From positions 15,624,001 to 15,688,000 of the forward strand of contig NC_043001.1 in NCBI RefSeq assembly GCF_006345805.1: a stretch of DNA of 64,000 nucleotides, read 5' to 3'. Shown piece after piece: positions 1 through 12,492 of this stretch. A program made the position numbers and the translations under genes. The notes under the pieces are model-generated. The model saw only the letters and a list, made by a program, of their open reading frames with translations. It was not told the DNA's origin and searched no databases. Position 1 is the first letter of the stretch, and each line of letters opens with the position of its first letter. Source of the DNA: Octopus sinensis (lineage: Eukaryota).

Positions 1-273
1 AAAGTCGGCCTCGGTGGAATTCGAACCTAGAACGTAAAGACGGACGAGATACCTATTTCTTTACTACCCACAAGGGGCTACACACAGAAGGGACAAACAA
101 AGACAGACAAACGGACTAAGTCGATTACAACGACCCCAGTGCGTAACTGGTACTTAATTTATCAACCCCGAAAGGATGAAAGGCAAAATCGACCTCGGCA
201 GAATTTGAACTCAGAACGTAACGGCAGACGAAATACTGCCTGGTGTGCTAAAGTTTCTGCTAGCTCACCGCCT
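1..273 (-). mobile_element. SINE family B (tRNA-derived), tandem multimer cut by the window edge
   Basis: Reverse complement reads ggcggtgagctagcagaaactttagcacacc...gttctgagttcaaattctgccgaggtcgattttgcctttcatcctttcggggttgat. The tail (aaagaaata) then joins back into a second internal unit at ~50-60. Confidence 0.9.
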
Positions 274-859
274 CATCATCATCATCAACAAGAACAAGAA
301 CAACAACAACGTGAATAATGAATGTTGTGTGTCCGTTAATTTTCAGGCAACCGGGAAAACTTTCACTTTACACGTGTCCACCAAAAGTTCAGTCGAAGTT
401 TTTAATGTTTCGCCACAAATGGACATTTATTCTAATAGCTAATCTGTGGGTGCGTACGTGCGTGTGTGTGTGTGTGTTAGGTGGAGAAGGAGGGTTGTGG
501 GACTTGTGGTATTGAGAAGAGGCGGAAGAATTGGAGAGAAAGCTATGGGTGGTGTGCTTGCAGTGACTAATTTGATGAGCAAAACACGACGACCGTAGCT
601 ATTCAAATACTGGTAACGTTTGTAATTTCTGTAACGATGATAGTTATAATGATGATGATGATGACGATGATGATAATGGAGATGTTGCTGATGGTGGTGG
701 CAACGGATGCTGCTGCGGATGACTAACACAATAAAATAACAAATTCGATAACCCAGCACCGAGTACCGCAGATGAGAAACCTTCAACACGTGCCAACTTG
801 GAAATATTGTTCAAATTTTTTTGACAAAACAGAAACTCTTTTAAACCCGTTGGAAAATC

Positions 860-915
860 AACAAGCAACAATGGCCGCCATCTACTACGACCATATTGTT
901 GAAAATGGCGGACAC
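860..915. promoter_or_regulatory. Candidate promoter with two oppositely oriented YY1-type motifs
   Basis: GCCGCCATCT (872-881; AGATGGCGGC on -) and AAAATGGCGG (902-911, +) in CpG-retaining unique sequence. Motif match only. Confidence 0.3.
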
Positions 916-1029
916 AACTCCAGTTAAGCAATCCCCCCCTCTCTCTCTTCCAGCCACAGCAATCTCCCCACCTCTTTCTCTCACTCACAGATCGATAAAA
1001 AAAAGTGTTTCCAATATTTCCAAATGTTT

Positions 1030-1428
1030 GAGTGGCTGTGTGGTAAGTAGGCGCAGGAGTGGCTGTGTGGTAAGTAGCTTTGCTTACGAACCGCATGGTT
1101 CAGGGTTCAGTCCCACTGCGTGACACCTTGGGCAAGTTTCTTCTACTCTAGCCTCGGGCCGACTAAACCCTTGTGGGTGGATTTGGTAGGCGGAAACTGA
1201 AAGAAGCCCGTCTTATATATGTATATGTGTGTGTATGTTTTTGTGTCTGTGTTTGTCCCCCCAACATCGCTTGACAACCGATGCTGGTGTGTTTACGTCC
1301 CCGTAAATTAACGCGGTTCGGCAGAGGAGATCGATATAATAAGTACTAGGCTTACAAAGAATAAGTCCTGGGGTCGATTAGCTCGACTAAAGGCGGTGCT
1401 TCAGCATGGCCACAGTCAAATGTGAAAC
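1030..1428 (+). mobile_element. SINE family A (tRNA head, CORE-like segment, internal TA/TG microsatellite, 3' body), near full length
   Basis: A-box-like gtggctgtgtggtaag (duplicated at the 5' end), B-box ggttcagtccc, ccttgggcaagt segment, body gacaaccgatgctggtg...ggcggtgcttcagcatggccacagtcaaatg. More than 25 further copies or fragments occur in the window. Confidence 0.9.
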
Positions 1429-2934
1429 GTTGAATGAAGTGCTTTGTTCAAGGACAGACAGAATGCGCTGCTCGGTCTACGGATGGAACACGCGGCATTA
1501 AAAGCACTAACCACATTAGGACACGAATCTTCACACACACACAGACAGACAGACACAGAAACGTGTGTGCGTGTGTGTTTATACGCTGTGTATATATGTG
1601 TGTGTATGTGGGAGGTTGATAAGATCAACCCAAAAATAATTAACTTAAGTATTTTAGTAAATATGGAGAGCTTATTAAAATACTTAAATTAGTGGAGTGG
1701 GTGTGTGTGTGTGTGTGTGTACACATATATACAATCACACACGCACACACAGAAGCGGGAAATGGAGGCGCTTGAGATGTGAATTCGAGACGCACCCTAG
1801 ATTAAAACATTACTTTTGTGTGTATGTAAAAAGAGAGGTGAGCCTAGTAGGTTGAGATCTCTCACATGCAATATATTGTGACATAAGAATAAGGAAGAAA
1901 TAAAGGGGAAAAAGCCCCGGGTTTCTCCTACCCCCGCTCGATATAAACTACAATTAAAGAAAGTCTGTCTCTTGTGGGTGGGGTACAACTTAAGGCATTG
2001 ATGTTGTGTGCAAACGAAATAGTCTTCCGATGTAACAACAAACACACACACACACACACAGAGGTACAAGCATGGTTGAGTGTTAAAAAGTCTGCTTTCC
2101 AACCACATGGGTTCTGGGTTCAATCCCACTGCATGGTACCTTAGACAAGTGTCTTGTACTGAAGCCCAAGGCTGGCCGAAACATTGAGTGGACTTGGTAA
2201 ACGGAAACTGAAAGAAGCGCGTGTGCGCTGCCTATATATACAGATTAAGGGCTATAATATGCGATACCAACTAATACTGCATGCAGTTCTTTATTACTGT
2301 AAGGGGCCGTTTCTTCCTTTAATGAATCGACAGAAAAGTCATGTCTGATAGATGGTATTGCGGAACTTTGGTAAACAGCACTAAAAGCTTTCAATTCCAT
2401 ATAATTGCTTGTATGCATGTGGTGTTCGAATTCTTCGCTTTAGGGGATAGGTGCCAGGAATGATAATGCAAAGTCCACTACGGAAAACTGACAACGAGTC
2501 TAATTTTGAAAACCTAAATATATCGTTTCTGAAATTCCACCGGAGGCGCGAATGGATTTTATCACAAACGCACGCTTAGCATATATGTCATTTACCCGGG
2601 TGTTTTAGTCACCAAAAATGTATCACCACCACCTTCACTATTACCATCACCAACAACAACTACTACTACTACGACCCTATATGTCCTGTTATTTCTATGA
2701 CTTCACCCAATTTAGTGATGATGAAATAATAACACAACTGACACAATTAAGTGTGTGTGAGATTTCAAGTATATGTCATATATGCACTCCAATCTATGTT
2801 GTTTAAATCAGTGGTTCGTTTGCGTATGGACCCCCTTTTGATTTCAATTTTAGTCGGGTGGACCCTAATAACCATTTGACGTTTAAAATCTTTATATTTT
2901 TGTGGTGAAGGAGTACAGCAGGGGCCGCCGCCAC

Positions 2935-3165
2935 CACCACCCCTACCGGTGCCTCGTGGTGCTTTCAGGGTTCGCCGCCGCCACCACCACCGCTCCTACC
3001 GGAGCCTTGTGGAGCTTTCAGGGTTCGCCACCACCAGCCCTACTGGAGCGTCGTGGAGCTTTAAGTGTTTTCGCTCAATAAACAAAACACAACTCTGGGA
3101 ATCGAAACCGCGATCCTACGACTTACGAGTTCCGCTACCCTAACCACTGGGCCTTTGCGCCCCCA
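2935..3165 (-). mobile_element. SINE family C, 5' part
   Basis: tRNA-like head on the - strand (B-box gtttcgattccc), homologous to the 10149-10510 and 25675-26054 copies. Confidence 0.8.
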
Positions 3166-3909
3166 CTGCTATATATATATATATATATACTTTTGCCCTT
3201 GTTTATAAGTGGTATATATATATATACATACATTTATAATACACATATATACACATACATTTAACAACAAACAATTGTTTAACCAAAACCAGAGATAAGA
3301 TGCGAGGGCGGGGAACAAAAGTACGAACACGGATAGCAGCAGCAGTCGTAGTAGTAGTAATAGTAGTAGTTTATTGTTGTTTACAAGTGCGTGTGTTGTT
3401 TGTGTAAGGTGCATATGGCTAAAGTGAAGCGCGTTACTGTGTGAATGATGGGGGAGTGGGGTGGGTGGGTCGAAAGTTTGTGTTTTAATGGCGACGCAAC
3501 ACAGGATTCATTGTGTCTCCTTTCTCAAACGAAAGAAACATACACAACAAACAACACAGACGAAGATGTGTTCCGTTCAAATACAAAAAAACCCCTAGAA
3601 ATCACAAAATAACCAACAGACACACCAGCCACCAAGACCGTTATACACGTGCGTGTGTATGCCTGTGCGCGCAATCGTGAAACAGTACGTGTACGCATGC
3701 GTGTATAGAGACAGAGGAGAGAATGCGTGGTTGTGATATCTTTTACATATGATTTCAGCCATTTGACTTGTGGCCATGCTGGAGTGTATGTACCACCGAG
3801 AATTTTTAGTCGAATGAATCAACTCCGAACTTATTAGTTTTAAAGCCTGGGACTGGTTCTATCGGTCGTTTATGCCGAACCGCTAAGTTATGGGACGTAC
3901 ACACAAACA

Positions 3910-3964
<55 letters not shown>

Positions 3965-3969
<5 letters not shown>

Positions 3970-4115
3970 CAAGATTAATCAGCCGAAATTGCTAAGATGA
4001 TCTGGTTCTTGACTGATGACTGAGGGCTTCGAATGTCCCGTCCTGTGGTTCTTGTGTCGTCTCTGTGGTGTTTCATGTTCTTGTCCATGTCTGTAATTAT
4101 TTTTACTGTTTACCT
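3965..4115 (+). mobile_element. Penelope-like terminal relic in (TA)n
   Basis: aatcaagattaatcagccgaaattgc...ctgatga...cttcgaatgtcc, homologous to 61392-61530 and flanked by TA microsatellite. The Penelope assignment is inference. Confidence 0.45.
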
Positions 4116-4132
4116 ATATATATATATAATAT

Positions 4133-4199
<67 letters not shown>

Positions 4200-4420
4200 C
4201 GAGTATCTTTCGGTCTTCGTCTACCAAAGATTTCGACCTGAGACTATTGTAGAAAGCATCTGCCTTAGGTGGGACTGAACCCGCTTTCCACGCTGGCACA
4301 TGTCGGGCGCATCGACAAAATCTAACTCCCCCGCTTTGGCACGGTTTCTACGGTTGGGTGACCTTCTAAACGCTAGCCACCTTTTCTAATCAATTCTCTA
4401 TATTTTTTCCTTTTTTGTCG

Positions 4421-4460
4421 CTCTTCTGGTGAAGGGCTAGGGTCCGAAACGTCAGAACTT
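4421..4460 (+). ncRNA. Degenerate minimal hammerhead motif (Penelope-type relic)
   Basis: CTGGTGA-A-GGGC(TAGG)GTCC-GAAAC-GTC. Stem II is intact, but the A6>G change in the core predicts it is inactive. Confidence 0.5.
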
Positions 4461-4532
4461 CTCGCCGTCTTGTGTGAGCTCTTCTTTCACTGTCAAAAAC
4501 GCAACAAATAAATTAGCCCCTTCATCATTAAT

Positions 4533-4630
4533 TAGTTCTCACATACCTACACAGGTGGGACCCTTAAAGCTTGCAAGTAAAATCTTATGTGGACCCTCAG
4601 GAGTCATATGTACCTCGATTGAGAACTGTT
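4533..4630 (+). mobile_element. Small hAT-type MITE remnant
   Basis: Termini tagttctca / tgagaactg. The internal aaatcttatgtggaccctc matches the 3' part of the 60082-60409 MITE. Confidence 0.5.
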
Positions 4631-5387
4631 ACTCTACAGCCTCGATCTCGAAAAAGCATTTTAAATAAATAACTGAAAATACCCACCAAATTTGTAATTA
4701 CTCGGGTATAATTATCACGTAACCATTTTTTAGATTTTTAACTCACCGCCACCAGCACTACATCACCCCGTCACCACCGCCAACAACAATTAGACTGCTA
4801 CATAATTAAGAAAATATCTCCTGTTGAAATTAGATCCGTAACAGACACTGGCCTTTAATCTCTTTCTCTCGAAAGGCTTCCCCACGGTTTCCGCTTACGA
4901 AATTCGCTCGCAGAGGCATTTAGTCGGCCTGGGGCTACAAAAGAAGACATGTACGTACCCTAGGCAACGCGCAGTGGGATTGAATCACCCAAAACCGCAT
5001 TTAACTAAACACACGCAAATTACATAAAAAAAGATAACAGAATTACGAAAGAGAGGGAGAGAGAGGAGTGAGTAACGAAATGAATGATAAAATGCAAGGT
5101 CAGTCGACGTAACAGGAAAGGATTGTGTTGATTGAGAGCGGGAAACGGGTGTTTGAATGAAAAGGTGTGTTGTGTGTGTTTCGTTAGAGAGAGAGAGGAA
5201 GAGTGAGTATATTTGACAGGTTACCGACCAACAATAGTGATGCGAAAATGAATTCGCCAGATTTGATCTCTGAACCCACTCTTTTGTCTTACGTTTGATT
5301 TAAAAACAGGGTATTGTTTCGATATAAGCACATATAATAGTGGTGCAAATTAAAAAGTTCAGGCGGTATAGATAATAGTATATAATA

Positions 5388-5597
5388 TTTCTTTACTACC
5401 CACAAGCGGCTAAGCACAGAGGGAACAGACAAACGGATTAAGTCGATTACATCGACCCCAGTGCGTAACTGGTACTTAATTTATCGATGAAAGGCAAAAT
5501 CGACCTCGGCGGAATTTGAACTCAGAACGTAACGGCAGACGAAATACTGCTAAGCATTTTGCTCGGCGTGCTAACATTTCTGCCAGCTCGCCGCCTT
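5388..5597 (-). mobile_element. SINE family B monomer with 19-bp target-site duplication
   Basis: gtatagataatagtatata at 5366-5384 and 5601-5619 flanks the element. Confidence 0.92.
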
Positions 5598-5899
5598 ACA
5601 GTATAGATAATAGTATATAGTCTAATTACACACGTGTGTGTGTGTGTTTGTGCTGCACAAGTGTATGATGGCACTGTAAAAGAAGGCTGCGAATCAGCAC
5701 AGTCAAAAAAGCTCTCGTCAGTCCAAATGCAATAATAAATATTTCTATCGTTTCAAGCCGTATGAGAGAGCTCGTCAGTCAAATGCATTCTTTAAGCGAG
5801 TCTTATGTTTAGCTCCAGGTCAGTCATAGGCAACCAGAAAAACGTTCTTAGTTGTAAACATCAAATTCTAATATCTTAGAAGTTATGGGATAAATAAAC

Positions 5900-6190
5900 T
5901 GTGGCTCGCGAGACTTTCTGAATAACATGCCGACGAAAAAATAAACTTTGAATTCATTATTTTTTTAGTAATGCGTACTGCCTGAAGACGAGTCATGTCT
6001 CTTGCGGCCCGCTTCACGAAAATGGCTGCCAATGCTGAATGAAACAAAAAGATTTTAAAATGCATGGAAGACTCTCGACTGCTGTTTCTTCTTCTTTCTT
6101 GTAGGGTCAAGCGACTAGTTGGATAATATTTTAGTTGATTCGGCCTGTGTTTGGGTATATTTTTGAGGATCTGGGCCTGTCGAAACGAAG
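5900..6190 (+). promoter_or_regulatory. Candidate promoter and non-coding first exon
   Basis: GCTCGCGAGA (5904-5913, near the TCTCGCGAGA palindrome), YY1-type AAAATGGCTGCC (6019-6030) and 5' splice site GAAG|GTAAAA at 6190/6191. All forward frames are closed. Confidence 0.3.
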
Positions 6191-6269
6191 GTAAAACTGC
6201 AAAGCTCGACAGACTACATATATATTGTACGTTGTGAGCGTACACACACATATCTAAACACACACGTAT

Positions 6270-6420
6270 GCTCTTTCTCTCGTCCTTACTACAAGAAAGC
6301 CCTCTCTGTCTCTCTCGTGTGCCCTTTCTCTCGTCCTTACTACAAGAAAGCCGTCTCTCTCCATTTCGTGTGCCCTTTCTCTCGTTCTTACTACAAGAAA
6401 GCCCTCTCTCTCTCTCTCGT
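6270..6420 (+). repeat. ~51-bp tandem repeat x3
   Basis: Unit ctttctctcgtccttactacaagaaagccctctctgtctctctcgtgtgcc. Confidence 0.9.
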
Positions 6421-7196
6421 ATATAATAAACACACAACCACACACACACTCATACTCATACATACATACATCAAATAAGTGTTAAGCAGACGGGACAGGG
6501 ATACACGCACGCACACACACACATACATGACACATTGGTGAAAGTTATGGTACATCCGGTCGGTCCCCTTACAAGCCACACCACCTCACCTCTCCTCTCA
6601 TCCTCACCCACCAGATATTATACACTAAATGTTGTAAAAGGGACAGAAGCGAAGGAGGTTACGAGAAGCAGCCTTCAAAATATCTCGGCTACGCACGCTA
6701 CACAGCTTATATCATTACAAGTACAAGCAACAGGTTTGTATCTCTCACTGTCTCTGGTCTCTCTCCCTCCTTCCCTCCCCCTCTCTTGCCATTTTACTGT
6801 CTAAATGCAGAAGGTGGCGGTGGCGGAGATGTTTGGCGGCCCTGATACTGGATGGTGGTGGTGACGGCTGGCCCCGATACTGGATAAGCGATGATGGTGA
6901 TGATGGTAGATGTTAAAACCATAGTTAGTAGTAGCAAGCAATGGCTGTTTGCTTGCTTGGAAGAATCTGTCAGCTATTGTTTCTAGCAGATTCTAGAAAG
7001 AAACTGAATTTTACAATACTTACAAGACTAATTATACAAACACACAAACATATATATAAGTATATATATATATATTCACACACGCATGCATATAGGATAT
7101 GCGTGAGTGATAGATATCTATATATATATATCCACACAAATAAGTGAATATGCACACACGTGTGTATATATATATAGTTGATATATATATGTATAT

Positions 7197-7231
<35 letters not shown>

Positions 7232-7234
<3 letters not shown>

Positions 7235-7413
7235 ACTTTAAACGGAGTCTGGATAGATTCCTTCAAGGAATACCAGATAAGCCACCCATAATTGGATACA
7301 ACTCACTACTTGAATGGACCATAAACAAAACTTGACTTAAACAGGATTCAGATAATCCTATCAGGTGGTGCTATTAAGTAAGATATGGCCTGGACCAATC
7401 TTTGGTCGAAACA
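7232..7413 (+). mobile_element. 5'-truncated CR1/L2-group LINE: ORF2 C-terminus and 3' UTR
   Basis: Frame reads INFKRSLDRFLQGIPDKPPIIGYNSLLEW*, resembling the FKxxLDxFL..IPDxP..GY..NSL C-terminal signature of CR1/L2-group ORF2. It is followed by a short 3' UTR. Confidence 0.7.
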
Positions 7414-7427
7414 TATATATATATATA

Positions 7428-7589
7428 TTAGTGGCTGTGTGGTAAGTAGCTTGCTTACGAACATGGTTCTGGGTTTAGTCCCACTGCGTGGCACCTTGGG
7501 CAAGTGTCTTCTCCTATAGCCTAAGGCCGACCAAAGCCTTGTGAGTGGATTTGGTAGACGGAAACCGAAAGAAGCCTGTCGTATATATA

Positions 7590-7659
<70 letters not shown>

Positions 7660-7832
7660 GGTTTGTGTGTCCTGGTGTATTTACGTCTCCGTAATATAGC
7701 GGTTCGGCAAAAGAGACCGATAGAATAAGTACTAGGCTTACAAAAAATAAGTCCTGCGGTCGATCTGCTCGATTGACTAAAGGCGGTGCTCCAGCATGGC
7801 CACAGTCAAATGACTGAAACAAGTAAAAAGAG
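7428..7832 (+). mobile_element. SINE family A, full length
   Basis: Head, long internal (TA)n and body ending gactgaaacaagtaaaaagag. Confidence 0.9.
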
Positions 7833-7867
<35 letters not shown>

Positions 7868-7949
7868 TAAAACACGCATGCATATAGGCCATGCGTGAAT
7901 GATAGATATCTATATATATATTCACAAATAAGTGAATATGCACACATAC

Positions 7950-8305
7950 ATACATATATATACACACACATATATATATATACATATATATATACACACA
8001 CATATATATATACATATATATATACACACACATATATATACATATATATATACACACACATATATATATACATATATATATACACACACATATATATATA
8101 CATATATATATATACACACACATATATATATACATATATATATACACACACATATATATATACATATATATATACACACGCATATATATATAATATATAT
8201 ATACACACATATATATATACATATTATATATACACACACATATATATATAATATATATATATATGTATATATATATACATATATATATATATGTATATAT
8301 ATATA
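7950..8305. repeat. Compound TA/CA microsatellite with ~20-22 bp periodicity
   Basis: Repeated tacatatatatatacacacacatatatata. It is the source of the IYIY/HTHT ORFs. Confidence 0.95.
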
Positions 8306-9063
8306 TGTTGCGTGCGCAATAAAATAGATAGCAATTTGAGAGAGGGGAAAGACGGGAGGGACAAAAAGAGAGAGAGAGAGAGAGAGTGGGGTGGGTGAAC
8401 TTGCCAGCTTCTTTCTCTCTCTAAGTGTTTTAACGGAATTTGGGGTAGCCATGTCTAAAAACCGTACAAGCGACATCATTGATAGACACACAACATCACA
8501 ACCACCATTACCACCACTGCGACTACTACGTGTGTGAACATGACTGGAATAAAAGGAGGCAAAGAGAGAGAGAGAGGGAGAGAGAGACTCGCATAGCAAA
8601 ATGTGTGAATGAATTAAAAAAAAAAAAAAAAACGAGGACAGAGAGGAGGAGACGACGGGAAAGAAAATCTCATTGATACATTTTGTGTAAAAGTCACTCA
8701 CTCACACTCACGCACGCACGCATATACTTTTGCCGTTAAGCAAGTTGTAGGTGTTAAAATTCGAAGTTGACGGTGATCTTTTAGTAAGCAGGCTGAAAGC
8801 GTTCTAGACGTGGCCATCTCTTGTTAATCATATTCTGTCGTCGTTTTTTTACGATATAATAATTTATCTAATTATTTCTTTCTTCATTTCGTTTGTTTTA
8901 AGGGTCGAGAGAAATCTGGCTGTTATTTCTAGTAGGACGAACGACCATCTAAAGCCTCGTCTGTTCCTGTGTCTATCAGTAAGTTGGTAGAAACGTTAGC
9001 ACGCCTGGCAAAATGCTAAGAGGTATTTCGTCGGCCGCTACGTTCTGAGTTCAAATTCCGCCT

Positions 9064-9336
9064 CCTACGTTTTCGATGTCCGAGATTACGAATATGTCCT
9101 CCCCCACGCCTTTTAAAATTTCACTCCCTAATCTTCCTCAATTTTAAATTTTGAACTCATTCGAAATATTTTTTTTTTGTAACCCACCTTTTCCAAATTT
9201 AAAATCCTCACATCAACCTCTCCTACCCTCAAATTCAGTTTTCACCCCACCCCGCCTCTCAGTTCAAAATTTAAAATTTGAAGGTGGGGTTTTTTTTTTA
9301 TAGCATATTCATAATCTCCGACATCTAAAACGTGGG
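9064..9336. mobile_element. MITE with 33-bp terminal inverted repeats
   Basis: cctacgttttcgatgtccgagattacgaatatg (9064-9096) vs the reverse complement of 9304-9336: 29/33 identical. Non-coding interior. Confidence 0.75.
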
Positions 9337-10148
9337 AATAGGAAAAAAAAAAATTTAATTGCATTTTTCAAGGAGAGGTGTGATTCTTGCATCAGCCCCT
9401 GTGCGTGAATACATAGCTAATAAGCTCGCTTTGTAACAATATGGTTTCCGGTTCAATACCACTGCGCGGCACATTAGGCAAGCGTCGGCTATGGCCTTGA
9501 ATTTACCAATAACTGAATTAGGTAGACAGAACCTGTTGAATGAAGCCCACCGTATACGCGCGCGCGTGCGTGCGTGCGTGCGCGCGTGCGTGCGTGTGTG
9601 TGTGTGTGTACACATGCGAGCGCGTGTTGAAATCTTGGCTAAAATAAAAGGCGGGAAAATCAGAGCGCAGTATTTAAACCACGTTGGAACAGCGAGAGAG
9701 AGAGAGAGAGAGAGAGACAGAATATAAACCGGATCAAAACCAAAATTGAGGAAGAACAAGATAAAAGGGAATCGGACACAGCCAAACTCAAAGAACTGTC
9801 CCCTCACCTCGCACTACCACCACCACCACGGGCGCAAAAGCCAGTTGCGTGTGCGTGTGCTACAAGTGGTAGGAAGGAAAGAGATGGTACGTGACTTAAA
9901 AGATTTTTTTGTGAATGAGACAGCAGCTGTTGTGTAGCTTCGGTTGTAGGGCGACAACTGGCTGTGTACAAAGACGTTTTTACTATAAATGTATGTATAC
10001 GTCTATGTATGTATGTTTACAAGTCATTCACAGTTATAGATTTCGCTGCTGGCTACAAACCATTTACATTAAACGAGTGGAGCAAGCTGATAATGTATAC
10101 AGAGAGAAAAGTGGGAATTTAAATCCTGAGATATTCACTTATATGAGT

Positions 10149-10510
10149 GGCACTCCGTCGGTTGCGACGACGAGGGTTCCAGTTGATCCGATCAGCGGAA
10201 CAACCTGCTCGTGAAGTTAACGTGCAAGTGGCTGAGCACTCCTCAGACACGTGTACCCTTAATGTAGTTTTTGGGGAGATTCAGCGTGACAGAGAGTGAG
10301 ACAAGACTGGCCCTTTGTGAATACAACAGAAACAGGAAGAAAGAGTTAGAGAAAGATATGGTGAAAGAGTACAGCAGGGTTCACCACTACCTCTTGCTGG
10401 AGCCTTGGGGAACTTTAGGTGTTTTCGCTCACAATGCCCGGTCTGGGAATCGAAACCGCAATCCTACGACCGCGAGTCAGCTGACCTAACCATTGAGCCA
10501 TTGCGCCTTC
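10149..10510 (-). mobile_element. SINE family C (tRNA-Arg-like head), near full length
   Basis: - strand head ggcgcaatggctcaatggttaggtcagctgactcgcggtcgtaggattgcggtttcgattccc. Tail ...ggatcaactggaaccctcgtcgtcgcaaccgacggagtgcc. Confidence 0.88.
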
Positions 10511-10559
10511 ACAATATATATTAATGCTTGTTTTTTTGGGGTTCGGTTAAAGTAACTGA

Positions 10560-10865
10560 TGGGTGACTTCATTCTTCTATTTGTTTCAGTCATTTGACTG
10601 CGGCCATGCTGGAGCACCGCCTTTAGTCGACCAAATCGATCCCAGGACTTATTCTTTGTAAGCCTAGTACTTATTCTATCGGTCTTTTTTGCCAAACCGC
10701 TAAGTTATGGGGACAAGCACACCAGCATCGGTTGTCAAGCGATGTTTGGGGGAGGGTCAAACACACACCCACACACCTATATATACACAACGGGCTTCTT
10801 TCAGTTTCCGTCTACCAAATCGACTCACAAGGCTTTGGTCAGCCCGAGACTATAGTAGAAGACAC
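10560..10865 (-). mobile_element. SINE family A, 5'-truncated
   Basis: Reverse complement of the family A body and CORE-like segment. Confidence 0.85.
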
Positions 10866-11734
10866 TTGTTCCCTGCATCACCGCCTGACAACCGGTGTTG
10901 GTGTGTTCACGTCCCACTAAGCTAGCGGTCCGGCGCAAGATAGAATAAGTACCGGGTTTAAAAGACAAAATAATGTCCTGGGGTCGATTTATTTGACTAA
11001 GAATTCTTCAAGGCAGTGCCCTAGTATGGCCACATTTTAATGACGGGAACCAAGTAAAAGATAAGAGACACACATACATATGTTGGTGTGTTGACAAAGT
11101 GGGGGAGAAGAGAGGGAGAGAGTGGTAGATATCCCCCCCTCCACTCCGACTCCCTAATATTGCATAAACACCCAAAGTTGCTGAAATACTTCAGATATTT
11201 TTCAAGCATATTTTCATTTTAGTTTTCCCCGAGTTATTCTGCGCCATATGTTGCGAAATAAGGGGCCGCTGCACATTCCAACATCATTTTAGGGTCACAG
11301 TACAATGTATTATCTCAGTTATTTAAAAAATCTTTTTTGCAATGTTTGCCATTTCCTTTTTTTTTTCCCCTAAATTCTATTCGCACATGTAGGATATATC
11401 TTTACGACATACACGTGCTTAGAGACCGGTTTTGTGTACGTACAGGCATGTGTCATGCTTTTAAGTTTGATATACAAGCAAGAGAGTGAGGGTACTCTCA
11501 GAGAGCGAGGGTACTCTCTAAGTTTATTCCCAGATATGAAGTTCACCCCGGTCGTTCAACCCGTCCCAGCATGGTGAGTAGTTGCTCACGAGTTACTCTC
11601 AACAGATAGAGTGACAAGACTGTGTGTACAAACGTTCAAATGGTACTACATGAGATGAGATGAGTGGGGCCCATGGCGGACCAATTCTGAGGATTCACCT
11701 GTGAAAAATCACAAGAAAATATAAAAGGAGAAAG

Positions 11735-11985
11735 AGGCTCTCTACCCCACTTTTGACCAGGCTCCCGTGGCTTTTATGGGTTTTTCCACGAGTAACCCTT
11801 TCGAAGCGCCTCCCCCTATTGGGAGTTTTAATTGTTACTTATATTTCGTTGTTATCCTGCTTTTGTACATGGACCTTTTTTCAAACGGACAAAACCCTTT
11901 GTAACTTTCGTCCTGTGTTTTGTCCCTTTATGTTTTAACTGATTTTTGTCAGCCCTTGTGGCCAATAAATGAATTAATTATTATA
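11735..11985 (+). mobile_element. Probable LINE 3' UTR fragment sharing its tail with SINE B
   Basis: Ends tttgtccctttatgttt...agcccttgtggccaataaatgaat, similar to the SINE B tail tttgtcccctttatgtttagcctcttgtgggcaataaagaaat. Clade not determined. Confidence 0.5.
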
Positions 11986-12324
11986 TAATATTCATACTCA
12001 TTCGTTTTATGTTAATTGTCCCCACTGTGGTGTGGTGTCTGTCCTTGTAATCTCCCTCTCTGTGTTAGTGGCCTGAGTGCCAAAATAAAGAAAGTGAGTT
12101 ACTCTTCGTGTGAGAGATTGGCCACGGCGAACGAATGGTTAAAACTGTCTTCTCCGGTTTAAGGAAGTCTCACAGTGGCACGGGGGATGATTAAATGCAA
12201 ACCCAAGAGAGGAGCACAGAACATCTCCCCAGATTACATCCAAATTCTGCTATATTTATTGAATATTTTCCTTTTATCCTGTTTATCTATTTTACACACA
12301 TCCACACACAATGTTGAACCGTTA

Positions 12325-12492
12325 ATCTCTACACATTTTCTTTCTCCGTTTTCCCCACCTCTCGGTCCTTTCCATTAAAGGGCGTAGGCTCGAAACGTCG
12401 AAGACTTCCCCATTCTTCCCGAGGCTTAAACTACTACACTTGCTTGTTGTTCCTTCTATTGTCTTCGCCTTTTGTTTTCTCTAAATTTGAAC
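12325..12492 (+). mobile_element. Penelope-like terminal relic with decayed hammerhead core
   Basis: CTTT-CCATTAA-A-GGGC(GTAG)GCTC-GAAAC-GTC-GAAG at 12368-12403, followed by (TA)n. Confidence 0.55.

Noticed and set aside
7777-8701. Long ORFs (up to 259 aa) rich in IYIY, HTHT and CVCV, and similar ORFs at 18, 27.7, 39.9, 48, 51 and 59 kb
   Set aside because: These are translations of dinucleotide and tetranucleotide microsatellites that lack stop codons; they have no protein character.
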